Sequence record: SRR9188677_168
Strand: one strand, 5' to 3'
DNA length: 34,226 nt
Part shown: piece by piece, positions 18,626-27,354 of the stretch
How the letters are laid out: the number at the start of each line of letters is the position of its first letter
Position numbering within the stretch: the stretch's first letter is position 1
Translations under genes and position numbers: made by a program
Notes under the pieces: generated by a model
What the model was told of the DNA's origin: nothing
Databases searched by the model: none
The model's input: only the letters and a program-made list of their open reading frames with translations

Positions 18626-19561
18626 ATGGCAATACCGAGTTCGATGGCAGACCGTGACGGCGTTATCTGGTACGACGGCAAAATGGTCAACTGGCGTGAT
18701 GCCACTACCCATGTATTAACCCACACTTTGCATTACGGCATGGGCGTGTTTGAAGGCGTGCGCGCTTACAAAACAGATAAAGGCACGGCTATTTTCCGTT
18801 TAAAAGAGCATACCGACCGTTTATTCCGCAGTGCGCATATTCTGGGCATGAAAATGCCGTTTGATAAAGCGACCCTGATTGAAGCACAGCGAGCAGCCGT
18901 ACGCGAAAACAATCTTGAATCTGCTTATATGCGCCCGATGGCATTTTATGGTGCCGAGGCGATGGGTATTTCTGCCAAAACCTTATCGACCCACGTGATT
19001 GTCGGTGCCTGGAGCTGGGGTGCGTATATGGGTGAAGAAGCAATTACCAAAGGTATCCGCGTGAAAACTTCTTCTTTTGCACGTCACCACGTGAATATCA
19101 CCATGTGTAAGGCTAAAGCGAACGGCAACTATATGAACAGCATCCTGGCACATCAGGAAGCCGCACAAGATGGTTACCAGGAAGCGTTACTGCTGGACGT
19201 GGATGGTTTTGTGGCTGAAGGTTCCGGCGAGAACATTTTCATTATCCGTAACGGCAAGCTGTACACCCCGGATTTAACCTCTGCGCTGGAAGGCATCACC
19301 CGCGACACCATCATCACATTGGCTAAAGATGAGCTTGGCCTGGAAGTGATTGAAAAACGTATTACCCGCGATGAGGTTTATAGTGCTGATGAAGCATTCT
19401 TTACCGGTACGGCAGCTGAAGTGACGCCTATCCGTGAACTGGATAACCGCGCCATTGGTGAAGGCACACGTGGCCCAATCACCGAAAAACTGCAAAACCT
19501 GTACTTTGATGTGGTTAAAGGTAAAAATGCCAAATATGAACATTGGCTGACCTTGGTTTAA
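18626..19561 (+). CDS. ilvE: Branched-chain amino acid aminotransferase
   Basis: LHYGMGVFEGVRAY, KAKANGNY (PLP Lys), EGSGEN, LEGITR, FFTGTAAEV. Confidence 0.96.
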   Translation: MAIPSSMADRDGVIWYDGKMVNWRDATTHVLTHTLHYGMGVFEGVRAYKTDKGTAIFRLKEHTDRLFRSAHILGMKMPFDKATLIEAQRAAVRENNLESAYMRPMAFYGAEAMGISAKTLSTHVIVGAWSWGAYMGEEAITKGIRVKTSSFARHHVNITMCKAKANGNYMNSILAHQEAAQDGYQEALLLDVDGFVAEGSGENIFIIRNGKLYTPDLTSALEGITRDTIITLAKDELGLEVIEKRITRDEVYSADEAFFTGTAAEVTPIRELDNRAIGEGTRGPITEKLQNLYFDVVKGKNAKYEHWLTLV

Positions 19562-19610
19562 GTTCTTAAAGGTTTCAAGTCACTAAATGGCTATGTGCGG
19601 GAGAAGCTGA

Positions 19611-19799
19611 ATGTCTGATGTAAAAGAGTTTGAAGTAGACGGTAACGATTTGCCACTGCATTGCCCAACCAAGGAAGTTGCTTTGTGGGCTTCACACCCG
19701 CGCGTGTTTCTCGATGTGGCGAAAACAGGCCAAGTAGCCTGCCCTTATTGCGGCACCAGATTCAAGCTTAAACCTGGCACACAAGTGCACCACCACTGA
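19611..19799 (+). CDS. CHCC-type zinc-finger protein
   Basis: LHCP...SHPRVFLD...CPYCG; GGAG RBS. Confidence 0.85.
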   Translation: MSDVKEFEVDGNDLPLHCPTKEVALWASHPRVFLDVAKTGQVACPYCGTRFKLKPGTQVHHH

Positions 19800-19813
19800 G
19801 TCTTTACTTAAAC

Positions 19814-19838
19814 AAAACCCACGCAATGCGTGGGTTTT
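19814..19838. terminator. Bidirectional terminator between the zinc-finger gene and murI
   Basis: AAAACCCACGCA-A-TGCGTGGGTTTT between convergent genes. Confidence 0.85.
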
Positions 19839-19849
19839 ATTTATTTCAC

Positions 19850-20629
19850 TTAAAGCATTTGCCAGAGCTGCCGCATGATAGCTTGCGTTTCTTCTTTTCC
19901 ACTGGTTAAAAATTGCAGTTGGCCTTGATCACTGGCTGTGTTGAGTAAATCTTGTTGGGCCAATACCTGTTGTAAACGCTTGGCAACCGCCGCACCGGTA
20001 TCAATCAATGTCACATCAGGCCCGACAATTTTTTGAATGTGGGTACGCACAAAGGGATAGTGGGTACAGCCCAGTACGATGGTATCGGCACCGGCATTGA
20101 TCAGGGGCTGGCAATAAGTGTTTAACAGGGCGATTGTTTCAGGCTGGTCGAGTAAACCTTGTTCTATGCGTTCAACCAGGCCGACACACGCTTGAGTTAC
20201 CACTTGCACACCATGTCCGTAATGCTCGAGCAAGGCCGCAAACTGTGCGCTCTGTAAAGTGCCCGTGGTGGCGAGTACGCCGATGACATTGTTTTTACTG
20301 GCCGCCGCCGCCGGTTTGACCGCGGGTTCCATGCCGATAATCGGTAAGGGAAAATGCTCACGCATCGGGGTGATGGCTGCGGCGGTGGCAGTATTGCAGG
20401 CGACAACCAGGGCTTTGGCACCTTGAGCAATCAAGGTTTCGGCGATGGTAAAGCACCGTTGTTGAATTTTTACCGCAGATTGGTTGCCATAAGGCGCATA
20501 GGCACTATCGGCAAAATAGATGAAATGCTCGTGCGGAAGCTGGCGTGTCAGGTGCTTGAGGACGGTAAGTCCGCCCACCCCTGAATCCATTACGCCAACT
20601 GGGGCACTGACTGCAATCGCTGGGCACAT
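19850..20629 (-). CDS. murI: Glutamate racemase
   Basis: DSGVGGLTV, PYG, VACNTATA, LGCTHYP. Confidence 0.96.
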   Translation of the reverse strand: MCPAIAVSAPVGVMDSGVGGLTVLKHLTRQLPHEHFIYFADSAYAPYGNQSAVKIQQRCFTIAETLIAQGAKALVVACNTATAAAITPMREHFPLPIIGMEPAVKPAAAASKNNVIGVLATTGTLQSAQFAALLEHYGHGVQVVTQACVGLVERIEQGLLDQPETIALLNTYCQPLINAGADTIVLGCTHYPFVRTHIQKIVGPDVTLIDTGAAVAKRLQQVLAQQDLLNTASDQGQLQFLTSGKEETQAIMRQLWQML

Positions 20630-20691
20630 CGAAATGGCACGGGTTGATTTATAATGAGCGGATTATATAGGATTTTAGTCAGGTTTCAGGA

Positions 20692-21243
20692 ATGGCCAAT
20701 CGGTTGAGCAAGATTTACACACGTACCGGAGACAGTGGCACCACTGGCCTTGGCGATGGCTCGCGGGTTGCCAAGTTTGACCTGCGCGTGCAGGCGATGG
20801 GCGAAGTCGATGAGCTGAATGCCGTGCTGGGAATGTTGCTGGTGGAGGAGTTGCACGCCGACGTCCGCGAGCAGCTGGAAGCGATCCAGCATGATTTGTT
20901 TGATATGGGTGGCGAGCTCAGTATGCCTGGACATACCTTTATGAAGGCCGGGCGCGTTGCTATCCTGGAACAGGTTCTGGATCGCTGGAATGCCGAGTTG
21001 AGCCCACTGAAAGAGTTTATATTGCCGGGCGGTAGCCGTGCTTCGGCAGTTTGTCATCTGGCACGTACTGTGTGCCGCCGTGCCGAGCGCGTGTTGCATG
21101 CCCTGCATGCGCAATCACCAGTCACGGCAGTCAATCTGCAATACCTGAATCGCTTGTCGGACCTGTTGTTTGTATTATGTCGTACCTTGAATCGGCATGC
21201 CGGTGTGCCGGATGTGCTTTGGAATAACCAACATAAACTTTAA
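20692..21243 (+). CDS. PduO-type ATP:cob(I)alamin adenosyltransferase
   Basis: KIYTRTGDSGTTGL, GEVDELNA, FILPGG, RTVCRRAER, YLNRLSDLLF. Confidence 0.93.
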   Translation: MANRLSKIYTRTGDSGTTGLGDGSRVAKFDLRVQAMGEVDELNAVLGMLLVEELHADVREQLEAIQHDLFDMGGELSMPGHTFMKAGRVAILEQVLDRWNAELSPLKEFILPGGSRASAVCHLARTVCRRAERVLHALHAQSPVTAVNLQYLNRLSDLLFVLCRTLNRHAGVPDVLWNNQHKL

Positions 21244-21273
21244 TGCGCATGATGCGCTGATGTTCACTGAGTA

Positions 21274-22656
21274 ATGATTAAACAATTTCTGCAAAAAGTA
21301 TTTGGCAAACGCGGTCTGCCACCAGGTCAAACCTCCGAGCCTGGCCAAACTTCAAAAAAAGGTAAATCATCTGCGGTGCAGGTGATTACGGCCAGCAAAC
21401 ACAAGATCAATCCCAAGCTGATTAGCCAGGCCGCACTGAAAACCTGTGACGGCCTGCAAAAAGCCGGATTTGAGGCCTATATCGTTGGTGGTGCTGTACG
21501 CGATTTGCTGCTTAACCACCCGCCAAAAGACTTTGATATTGCCACCAATGCCACGCCGGAGCAGGTGCATAAGACATTCCGCCGTTCGCGTATTATTGGC
21601 CGCCGTTTTCGCCTGGTGCACGTGTTATGGGGGCAGGAAACGATAGAAGTATCCACTTTCCGCGGCCACCACCAAAGCGAGGGCGATGGAGAGACCAATG
21701 ACAGTGGCCGCATTATCCGTGACAATATTTTTGGCTCGATTGAAGAAGATGCCGTCAGGCGCGATTTTACCGCCAACGCGCTTTACTACGATCCCAAACG
21801 CCATGAAGTGCTGGACTTCCACAATGGTGTGGCGGATATCCGTGCCAAAACCTTGCGTATTATTGGCGACCCGGTCAAGCGCTATCAGGAAGATCCGGTG
21901 CGTATGTTACGCGCCGTACGTCTGTCGGCCAAGCTGGGGTTAAAACTCGAGCAGACCACCGAAGCCCCGATACGCAAACTGGCAGACTTGCTGGAAGATG
22001 TACCGCCTAGCCGCCTGTTTGATGAAATGCTGAAGCTGTTTTTATCCGGGCATGCGATTGAGAGCATCGGTGCACTACGGGCTCAGCATTTGCATCATGG
22101 ATTATTGCCTTTGCTGGACGTGGTGCTGGAACAACCGCTAGGCGAAAAATTCGTCATGCTGGCCCTGAAAAATACCGATGATCGCATTCTGGCTGGCAAG
22201 TCTTCCAATCCGAGTTTCTTGTTTGCGACCTTGCTATGGCATGAAGTTTTGCAAGCCTGGCTGGAAAATCAGAAGCGTGGTGAGCCTTTGATTCCGGCCT
22301 TGCACCTGGCAATGAATGAAATCATTGATAAACAGGGTGAGAAAATGGCGATCCATAATCGCTACACTGCCACCATGAAAGAAATCTGGGCCATGCAGCC
22401 ACGCTTTGAACAGCGCTCCGGCAAACGTCCATATGCCTTGCTGACCAACCCGAAATATCGGGCAGGTTACGACTTCCTGTTATTGCGCTGTGCCTCTGGT
22501 GAGTTGCCTGAAGAGCTTGGTGAATGGTGGACGAGATTTGCTGACGCCGGCACCGAAGAGCGCACCACTATGCTGTTACCTGACAGCGGCTTGCAAAAAC
22601 GCCGTCGCCGGCCACGCAAGAAAAAACCGGCAGCTACGAATGGTGAGTCGGCGTAA
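21274..22656 (+). CDS. pcnB: Poly(A) polymerase I
   Basis: VGGAVRDLL, KDFDIAT, PAP signature IIGRRFRLVHV, RRDFTANAL, EDPVRMLR, basic C-terminal tail; pcnB-folK synteny. Confidence 0.95.
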   Translation: MIKQFLQKVFGKRGLPPGQTSEPGQTSKKGKSSAVQVITASKHKINPKLISQAALKTCDGLQKAGFEAYIVGGAVRDLLLNHPPKDFDIATNATPEQVHKTFRRSRIIGRRFRLVHVLWGQETIEVSTFRGHHQSEGDGETNDSGRIIRDNIFGSIEEDAVRRDFTANALYYDPKRHEVLDFHNGVADIRAKTLRIIGDPVKRYQEDPVRMLRAVRLSAKLGLKLEQTTEAPIRKLADLLEDVPPSRLFDEMLKLFLSGHAIESIGALRAQHLHHGLLPLLDVVLEQPLGEKFVMLALKNTDDRILAGKSSNPSFLFATLLWHEVLQAWLENQKRGEPLIPALHLAMNEIIDKQGEKMAIHNRYTATMKEIWAMQPRFEQRSGKRPYALLTNPKYRAGYDFLLLRCASGELPEELGEWWTRFADAGTEERTTMLLPDSGLQKRRRRPRKKKPAATNGESA

Positions 22657-23153
22657 TGGCCCTGGCCTTGATTGCGCTCGGCAGCAATTTGCAGCAGCCG
22701 CAGGTGCAGGTAGCCAACGCCATCCAGGTGTTATCACAAACGCCAGGTTTGAGCTTAGTGAAAGCTTCCAGCCTGTATGCCACGGCGCCGTTAGGCTACG
22801 ATAACCAGCCTGACTTTATCAATGCAGTCATTCAGGTGGCTACCGAAATCCCAGCGCCAGAACTGATGCAGTTACTGCTAACGATTGAACAAACATTCGG
22901 GCGTGAGCGGCCTTTCCCCAATGCACCGCGGATTCTAGACCTCGATCTGCTCGATTATGCCGGTATGCGCATGCAGACTTTCCTTCTCACATTGCCACAT
23001 CCACGCATGCACGAACGTGGCTTTGTTATTTTGCCGCTGGCTGAAATTGTGCCCGACTTTGTACTGCCAGACGGGCAGTCTGTTGTAGAATGGGCAGCAG
23101 AGTTCCCGCATGATGATGTGCGAAAACTGGACGCGCAAAAACTGGATCACTGA
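22656..23153 (+). CDS. folK: 2-amino-4-hydroxy-6-hydroxymethyldihydropteridine diphosphokinase
   Basis: IALGSNL, QPDFINAV, PRILDLDLL, LTLPHPRMHERGFV. Confidence 0.96.
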   Translation: MALALIALGSNLQQPQVQVANAIQVLSQTPGLSLVKASSLYATAPLGYDNQPDFINAVIQVATEIPAPELMQLLLTIEQTFGRERPFPNAPRILDLDLLDYAGMRMQTFLLTLPHPRMHERGFVILPLAEIVPDFVLPDGQSVVEWAAEFPHDDVRKLDAQKLDH

Positions 23154-23179
23154 TTAATTTAGCTGAACGAGCAATAACA

Positions 23180-23818
23180 ATGTTTACCCGTTTTCCTTAT
23201 GTTGTAATTGAAGGCCCGATAGGCAGTGGCAAGACTACGCTGGCACGCATGCTGGCAGACAAGTTCTCGGTAGAACTGCTATCCGAAAAAGCTGAGTCCA
23301 ATCCTTTCCTGACCCGTTTTTACCAGGATGCCCAGCGTTACGCCTTACCGACGCAGCTGTTTTTCCTGTTCCAGCGTTCACGCCAGATTGAAGACATGGC
23401 ACAACGTGATATGTTTGGCCAGCCAACCGTATCTGATTTCTTCCTCGAAAAAGACCCGCTGTTTGCACGCCTGAATCTGGATGATGAAGAGTACTCTCTG
23501 TATCACCAGATTTACCAGCACCTGCAACTCAAAGCGCCCAAGCCTGATCTCGTGGTGTATTTGCAAACACCTATCGATGCGCTGGTTGACCGGATAGAAG
23601 AGCGCAACATCAGTTACGAACAGGATATGCCGCGCGAATATATTGCCCGGCTGGCCGAAGCCTACAGTGAGTTTTTTCATACCTATGACGCATCGCCCTT
23701 GCTGATCGTCAACAATGAAAAGCTCAATATTATTAAAGACGCGGAAGCTTTCAATTTGCTGATTGAGCGGATCAACCAGATCAAGAGCAGCCGCGAATAC
23801 TTTAATCCTAACTTTTAA
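23180..23818 (+). CDS. Deoxynucleoside kinase family protein
   Basis: P-loop IEGPIGSGKTT, NPFL..FY, TQLFFLFQR, PDLVVYL. Confidence 0.9.
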   Translation: MFTRFPYVVIEGPIGSGKTTLARMLADKFSVELLSEKAESNPFLTRFYQDAQRYALPTQLFFLFQRSRQIEDMAQRDMFGQPTVSDFFLEKDPLFARLNLDDEEYSLYHQIYQHLQLKAPKPDLVVYLQTPIDALVDRIEERNISYEQDMPREYIARLAEAYSEFFHTYDASPLLIVNNEKLNIIKDAEAFNLLIERINQIKSSREYFNPNF

Positions 23819-23920
23819 TTAAATGCATCTGCGTGCAAACTCCTGTATTGCGCGGTGCTCAACATCCTCATGTAATACATGTTCCGCTGGTTCTGGATTT
23901 TATCCGGTACAAGCATTTAA
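23819..23920. repeat. About 100-bp structured intergenic element with terminal inverted repeats
   Basis: TTAAATGC (23819-26) / GCATTTAA (23913-20); internal CATGTA-A-TACATG and CTGGAT-TTT-ATCCGG hairpins. Confidence 0.4.
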
Positions 23921-23935
23921 AAGTCTCATCCAATT

Positions 23936-24745
23936 ATGCTAAACGCTCTCTTATCACGTGCAATGTCCGGCGAGAAAATCGCCATGTTGACATGTTATGA
24001 CGCTACTTTTGCCAAGTTGATGCATTTGGCCGGTGTGGACATGCTGCTGGTAGGTGACTCATTAGGGATGGTCATACAAGGGGGTGATAGTACTCTGGGC
24101 GTCACCATGCAAGATATGCTGTATCACACCCGTATTGTGGCTAAAGGAGCGCCTGGTGCCGTGATCATGAGTGATATGCCGGTTGATAGTTACGAACACG
24201 ACCTCGCAGATGCCTTGCAAAATGCACAGGCCTTGATTGAGGCTGGCGCACATATCGTCAAGATTGAAGGTGGTGGTCACATGGTGGAAACAGCCCGCTA
24301 CCTGGTTGAAAACGGTGTGCCAGTATGTGCGCACCTGGGATTCACACCGCAATCGGTAGAAAAACTCGGTGGGTATAAAATCCAGGGAAAAACTGAAGCA
24401 GCCGCCCAGGTGATATTAAAAGATGCGCAAGAGATGGCGGCGGCTGGAGCAAGCATGGTGCTGTTTGAAATGGTGCCGGCAGCATTGGCAACCCACATTA
24501 CAGAGACTATTTCCGTCCCTACCATTGGCATTGGCGCTGGTGCAGGCTGTAGTGGCCAAGTGCTGGTGTTGCAGGATTTATTGGGTATTTATACAGGGCC
24601 GGCAGAAAAAAATCCTCAAGATTATAAAGCGCCCAGGTTTGCACAAAATTTCCTGGGCCAGACTGGTAACATAGAGAAAGCGATCATAAATTACGTTCAA
24701 GCTGTGAAATGCGGTGAGTTTCCGGCCGTGCAGCATAGCTATTAA
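23936..24745 (+). CDS. panB: 3-methyl-2-oxobutanoate hydroxymethyltransferase
   Basis: LTCYD, LVGDSLGMV, KIEGG, AHLGFTPQ, IGIGAG..CSGQVLV. Confidence 0.96.
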   Translation: MLNALLSRAMSGEKIAMLTCYDATFAKLMHLAGVDMLLVGDSLGMVIQGGDSTLGVTMQDMLYHTRIVAKGAPGAVIMSDMPVDSYEHDLADALQNAQALIEAGAHIVKIEGGGHMVETARYLVENGVPVCAHLGFTPQSVEKLGGYKIQGKTEAAAQVILKDAQEMAAAGASMVLFEMVPAALATHITETISVPTIGIGAGAGCSGQVLVLQDLLGIYTGPAEKNPQDYKAPRFAQNFLGQTGNIEKAIINYVQAVKCGEFPAVQHSY

Positions 24746-24802
24746 AAGAATTCATTGATTCTACCGATGATGTCAAATCGTGTTTGATCAACAATCATTA
24801 TC

Positions 24803-25504
24803 ATGAAATTACTCGCCATCGAATCTTCTACCGAATTCCTCTCACTGGCCTTGCAAACCGAAGCTGGCCTTACTTCTTTCCATGAAGCGACAGGTCCTGC
24901 AGCTTCACAACGTATCCTGCCCGAAATTCAGCGTTTGCTGGCAAAAGCCGGTGCAAAACTGGCCGAACTGGATGGTATTGTCTATGGCACCGGTCCTGGC
25001 GCTTTCACAGGCGTACGGATAGCGGTAGGCGTCACCCAGGGTCTGGCTTTCGGGGCTGACCTGCCTGTGTTTGGGGTGAGCTCTGTGCAGGCGGTGGCGC
25101 AGGCAGCCTGGCTGGAAACCGGGGCTGAAAAAGTGCTGGTGTGTCTGGATGCCCGGATGGGCGAGGTATACCATGCCGCGTTAATCAAACAACAGCATGG
25201 CTGGATAGAAGTTTCGCCGCCGGTGGTGTGCAAGCCGCAGGAGGTGCCAGCGATTGCGGGTGATGACTGGTTGGCGGCAGGTTCTGGCTGGGCTGTATTT
25301 GGTGAAGTGCTCTCAGCACAATATACTCAGCAGATAAGCCACATTCACGCGGAAATCATGCCTACGGCCAAGGCTATGCTAATGATTGCAACTCCCGGAT
25401 TTATTGCGGGAGATACCCAGTCTGCGCAACAGGCCGCACCGCTTTATATACGTAACCGCGTCGCATTAACCGCTGATGAGCGTGCGCAAGGGCAAACACT
25501 GTAG
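24803..25504 (+). CDS. tsaB: tRNA threonylcarbamoyladenosine biosynthesis protein TsaB
   Basis: LAIESS, GPGAFTGVRI, LDARMGEVY, PLYIR. Confidence 0.94.
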   Translation: MKLLAIESSTEFLSLALQTEAGLTSFHEATGPAASQRILPEIQRLLAKAGAKLAELDGIVYGTGPGAFTGVRIAVGVTQGLAFGADLPVFGVSSVQAVAQAAWLETGAEKVLVCLDARMGEVYHAALIKQQHGWIEVSPPVVCKPQEVPAIAGDDWLAAGSGWAVFGEVLSAQYTQQISHIHAEIMPTAKAMLMIATPGFIAGDTQSAQQAAPLYIRNRVALTADERAQGQTL

Positions 25505-25513
25505 GGTAAATCA

Positions 25514-25975
25514 ATGAGTGCATTACCTCAATACCAGCCACAATTCCGGCTCATGTCTTACGAAGACCTGATCGCGGTTTGCCGCATAGAGCCGATAATT
25601 TACAGTCACCCGTGGACCTACGGTAATTTCAAGGACTCTCTGGACTCAGGCTATTGCGCATGGGTAATGGAGATGTCCGGGGAAATCATAGGTTATGCAT
25701 TGGTGATGATGGTGCTGGATGAAGCGCACCTGTTAAATATCAGTGTCGGACAAACGCATCAGGGGCAGGGGTTGGGGAGAGCCTTGCTTGCGCATATGAT
25801 AGAAATTTCCAGGCATCGGCTTGCGGCTAATATGTTTCTTGAAGTGCGTGAAAGCAATACCAAAGCGATTGCTTTATACGAGACGATGGGTTTTTGTGAA
25901 ATGGGCATTCGGCGTAATTATTACCCGACCAAGTCAGGGCGTGAAGATGCCGTGCTGATGGGGCTCGCCTTATAA
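25514..25975 (+). CDS. rimI: Ribosomal protein S18 N-acetyltransferase
   Basis: HPWT, EAHLLNISV, QGQGLG, LEVRESN..A..LY, RRNYY, REDAVLM. Confidence 0.94.
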   Translation: MSALPQYQPQFRLMSYEDLIAVCRIEPIIYSHPWTYGNFKDSLDSGYCAWVMEMSGEIIGYALVMMVLDEAHLLNISVGQTHQGQGLGRALLAHMIEISRHRLAANMFLEVRESNTKAIALYETMGFCEMGIRRNYYPTKSGREDAVLMGLAL

Positions 25976-26017
25976 GGGCTTAAGGTTGACGAGAGATATT
26001 CAAAACAGGAGCATGCC

Positions 26018-26638
26018 GTGAGTCTGGGGCGCGAAGATATATTGCGGGAATTGGAGTTGTTGCCTGTCTGGCGGTTGCGCACGCCAGTAGCGGAAAGCGC
26101 ATTGCCGGCGATTACAGTACGAACTTCCCCTGAAGTTCCAACAGAATTGCTCATTGAACAAAGCAGTCAGGTTTTGATTGAAACCATAGGCGCTGATCCA
26201 GTCATCGAACTGAGGGCTGACAGTGAGCCTGCGCCGATAGCGGAGATTCCTGAAAACAAGCAACCTGAAATTGCGCCTGCGCCAATGATTCAATCCCCCT
26301 GGTGTTTAATGTGCCCAAAAGTTGATGACGCTGCTGCGCAAGCTTTACTGCAAAATATCGTGCGTGCCTTGAAGCTGGCTCCTGAAGAATTACACGTTTC
26401 TCACCAGCCGTTTAAAGTTGCGCAAGTACAAAGCCGGTTTGCTGTTTTGTTTGGCCTGGAAGCCGCCAATGCCTTTTTGGGAACCAATCACGCGGATCTC
26501 GTTTCTATACGTGGCCAGTTATTCACGCACGATGATATGCGCTACGTCATTACGCATCATCCGGATGCCATGCTAGCCAATCCTTTGCTAAAAAAAGAAG
26601 TCTGGCATGATTTGTGTCTGCTACTCGCCGAAAAGTAA
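26018..26638 (+). CDS. Degenerate uracil-DNA-glycosylase-fold protein; candidate DNA polymerase III psi (HolD)-like subunit
   Basis: C-terminus resembles family-4 UDG (SIRG...VITHHP..ML.NP..K..VWHDL) but lacks the GE[A/G]PG motif and the 4Fe-4S Cys set. N-terminus REDILRELELLPVWRLR is followed by a Pro/Glu-rich linker. Confidence 0.65.
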   Translation: MSLGREDILRELELLPVWRLRTPVAESALPAITVRTSPEVPTELLIEQSSQVLIETIGADPVIELRADSEPAPIAEIPENKQPEIAPAPMIQSPWCLMCPKVDDAAAQALLQNIVRALKLAPEELHVSHQPFKVAQVQSRFAVLFGLEAANAFLGTNHADLVSIRGQLFTHDDMRYVITHHPDAMLANPLLKKEVWHDLCLLLAEK

Positions 26639-26754
26639 GCTGGTTGCGAAGCAGACACAATCAATCTTGCAGAAAAAATAAAACCGGGCCGGGCTAGTTG
26701 TAGCCAGGGATCTGGCCCCCATATAAATCAAAACTATTAATGAGGAAAATCACG

Positions 26755-27348
26755 ATGCGTCAAATATTTAAGGTTGTATTGTTAGCCGGAGTGTTAATGC
26801 TTTCTGGCTGTGGTTATAACCAGTTTCAATCGCTGGATGAAGAAACTAAGGCAAGCTGGTCTGAAGTATTGAACCAATACCAGCGCCGTGCCGATCTGGT
26901 GCCTAACCTGGTGTCTACCGTGAAAGGCTACGCCAGTCATGAGGAAAAAGTGCTGACTGAAGTCACTGAAGCGCGCGCCAAAGTTGGCAGCATGCAAGTG
27001 ACGCCGGAATTGCTGAATGACCCTGAAGCGTTTGCCAAATTCCAGGCCGCACAAGGCCAGTTGACCAGTGCGTTATCGCGCCTGATGGTGGTGTCTGAAA
27101 ACTACCCTAACCTGAAAGCGGATGCCAGCTTCCGTGATTTGCAGGCGCAACTGGAAGGCACCGAAAACCGTGTGACTGTGGCGCGCAACCGTTATATTGA
27201 GGCGGTGAAGCAATACAATGTCACGGTGCGTAGTTTCCCCAACAACCTGACCGCGATGATGTTTGGCTACCAACCTAAACCATCGTTTACGGTAGAGAAT
27301 GAAAAAGCGATTTCATCTGCACCAAAAGTAGATTTTGGCGATAAGTAA
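26755..27348 (+). CDS. lemA: LemA-family lipoprotein
   Basis: Lipobox LSGC-GYN, YQRRADLVPNLV, ENYPNLKA, LEGTENRV.VAR.RY, FP. Confidence 0.93.
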   Translation: MRQIFKVVLLAGVLMLSGCGYNQFQSLDEETKASWSEVLNQYQRRADLVPNLVSTVKGYASHEEKVLTEVTEARAKVGSMQVTPELLNDPEAFAKFQAAQGQLTSALSRLMVVSENYPNLKADASFRDLQAQLEGTENRVTVARNRYIEAVKQYNVTVRSFPNNLTAMMFGYQPKPSFTVENEKAISSAPKVDFGDK

Positions 27349-27354
27349 TTGTTG

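Noticed and set aside
18515-18712. 66-aa N-terminal extension of the SCO ORF overlapping ilvE
   Set aside because: The lipoprotein signal begins at Met 18514; the extension crosses the divergent promoter region and the ilvE start.
20630-20691. Possible cobalamin riboswitch before the PduO gene
   Set aside because: The gap is only 62 bp and lacks B12-box features.
21320-21357. PGQTSE-PGQTSK 18-bp imperfect tandem repeat in the pcnB N-terminus
   Set aside because: A two-copy duplication in a variable, probably disordered leader; no evidence of function.
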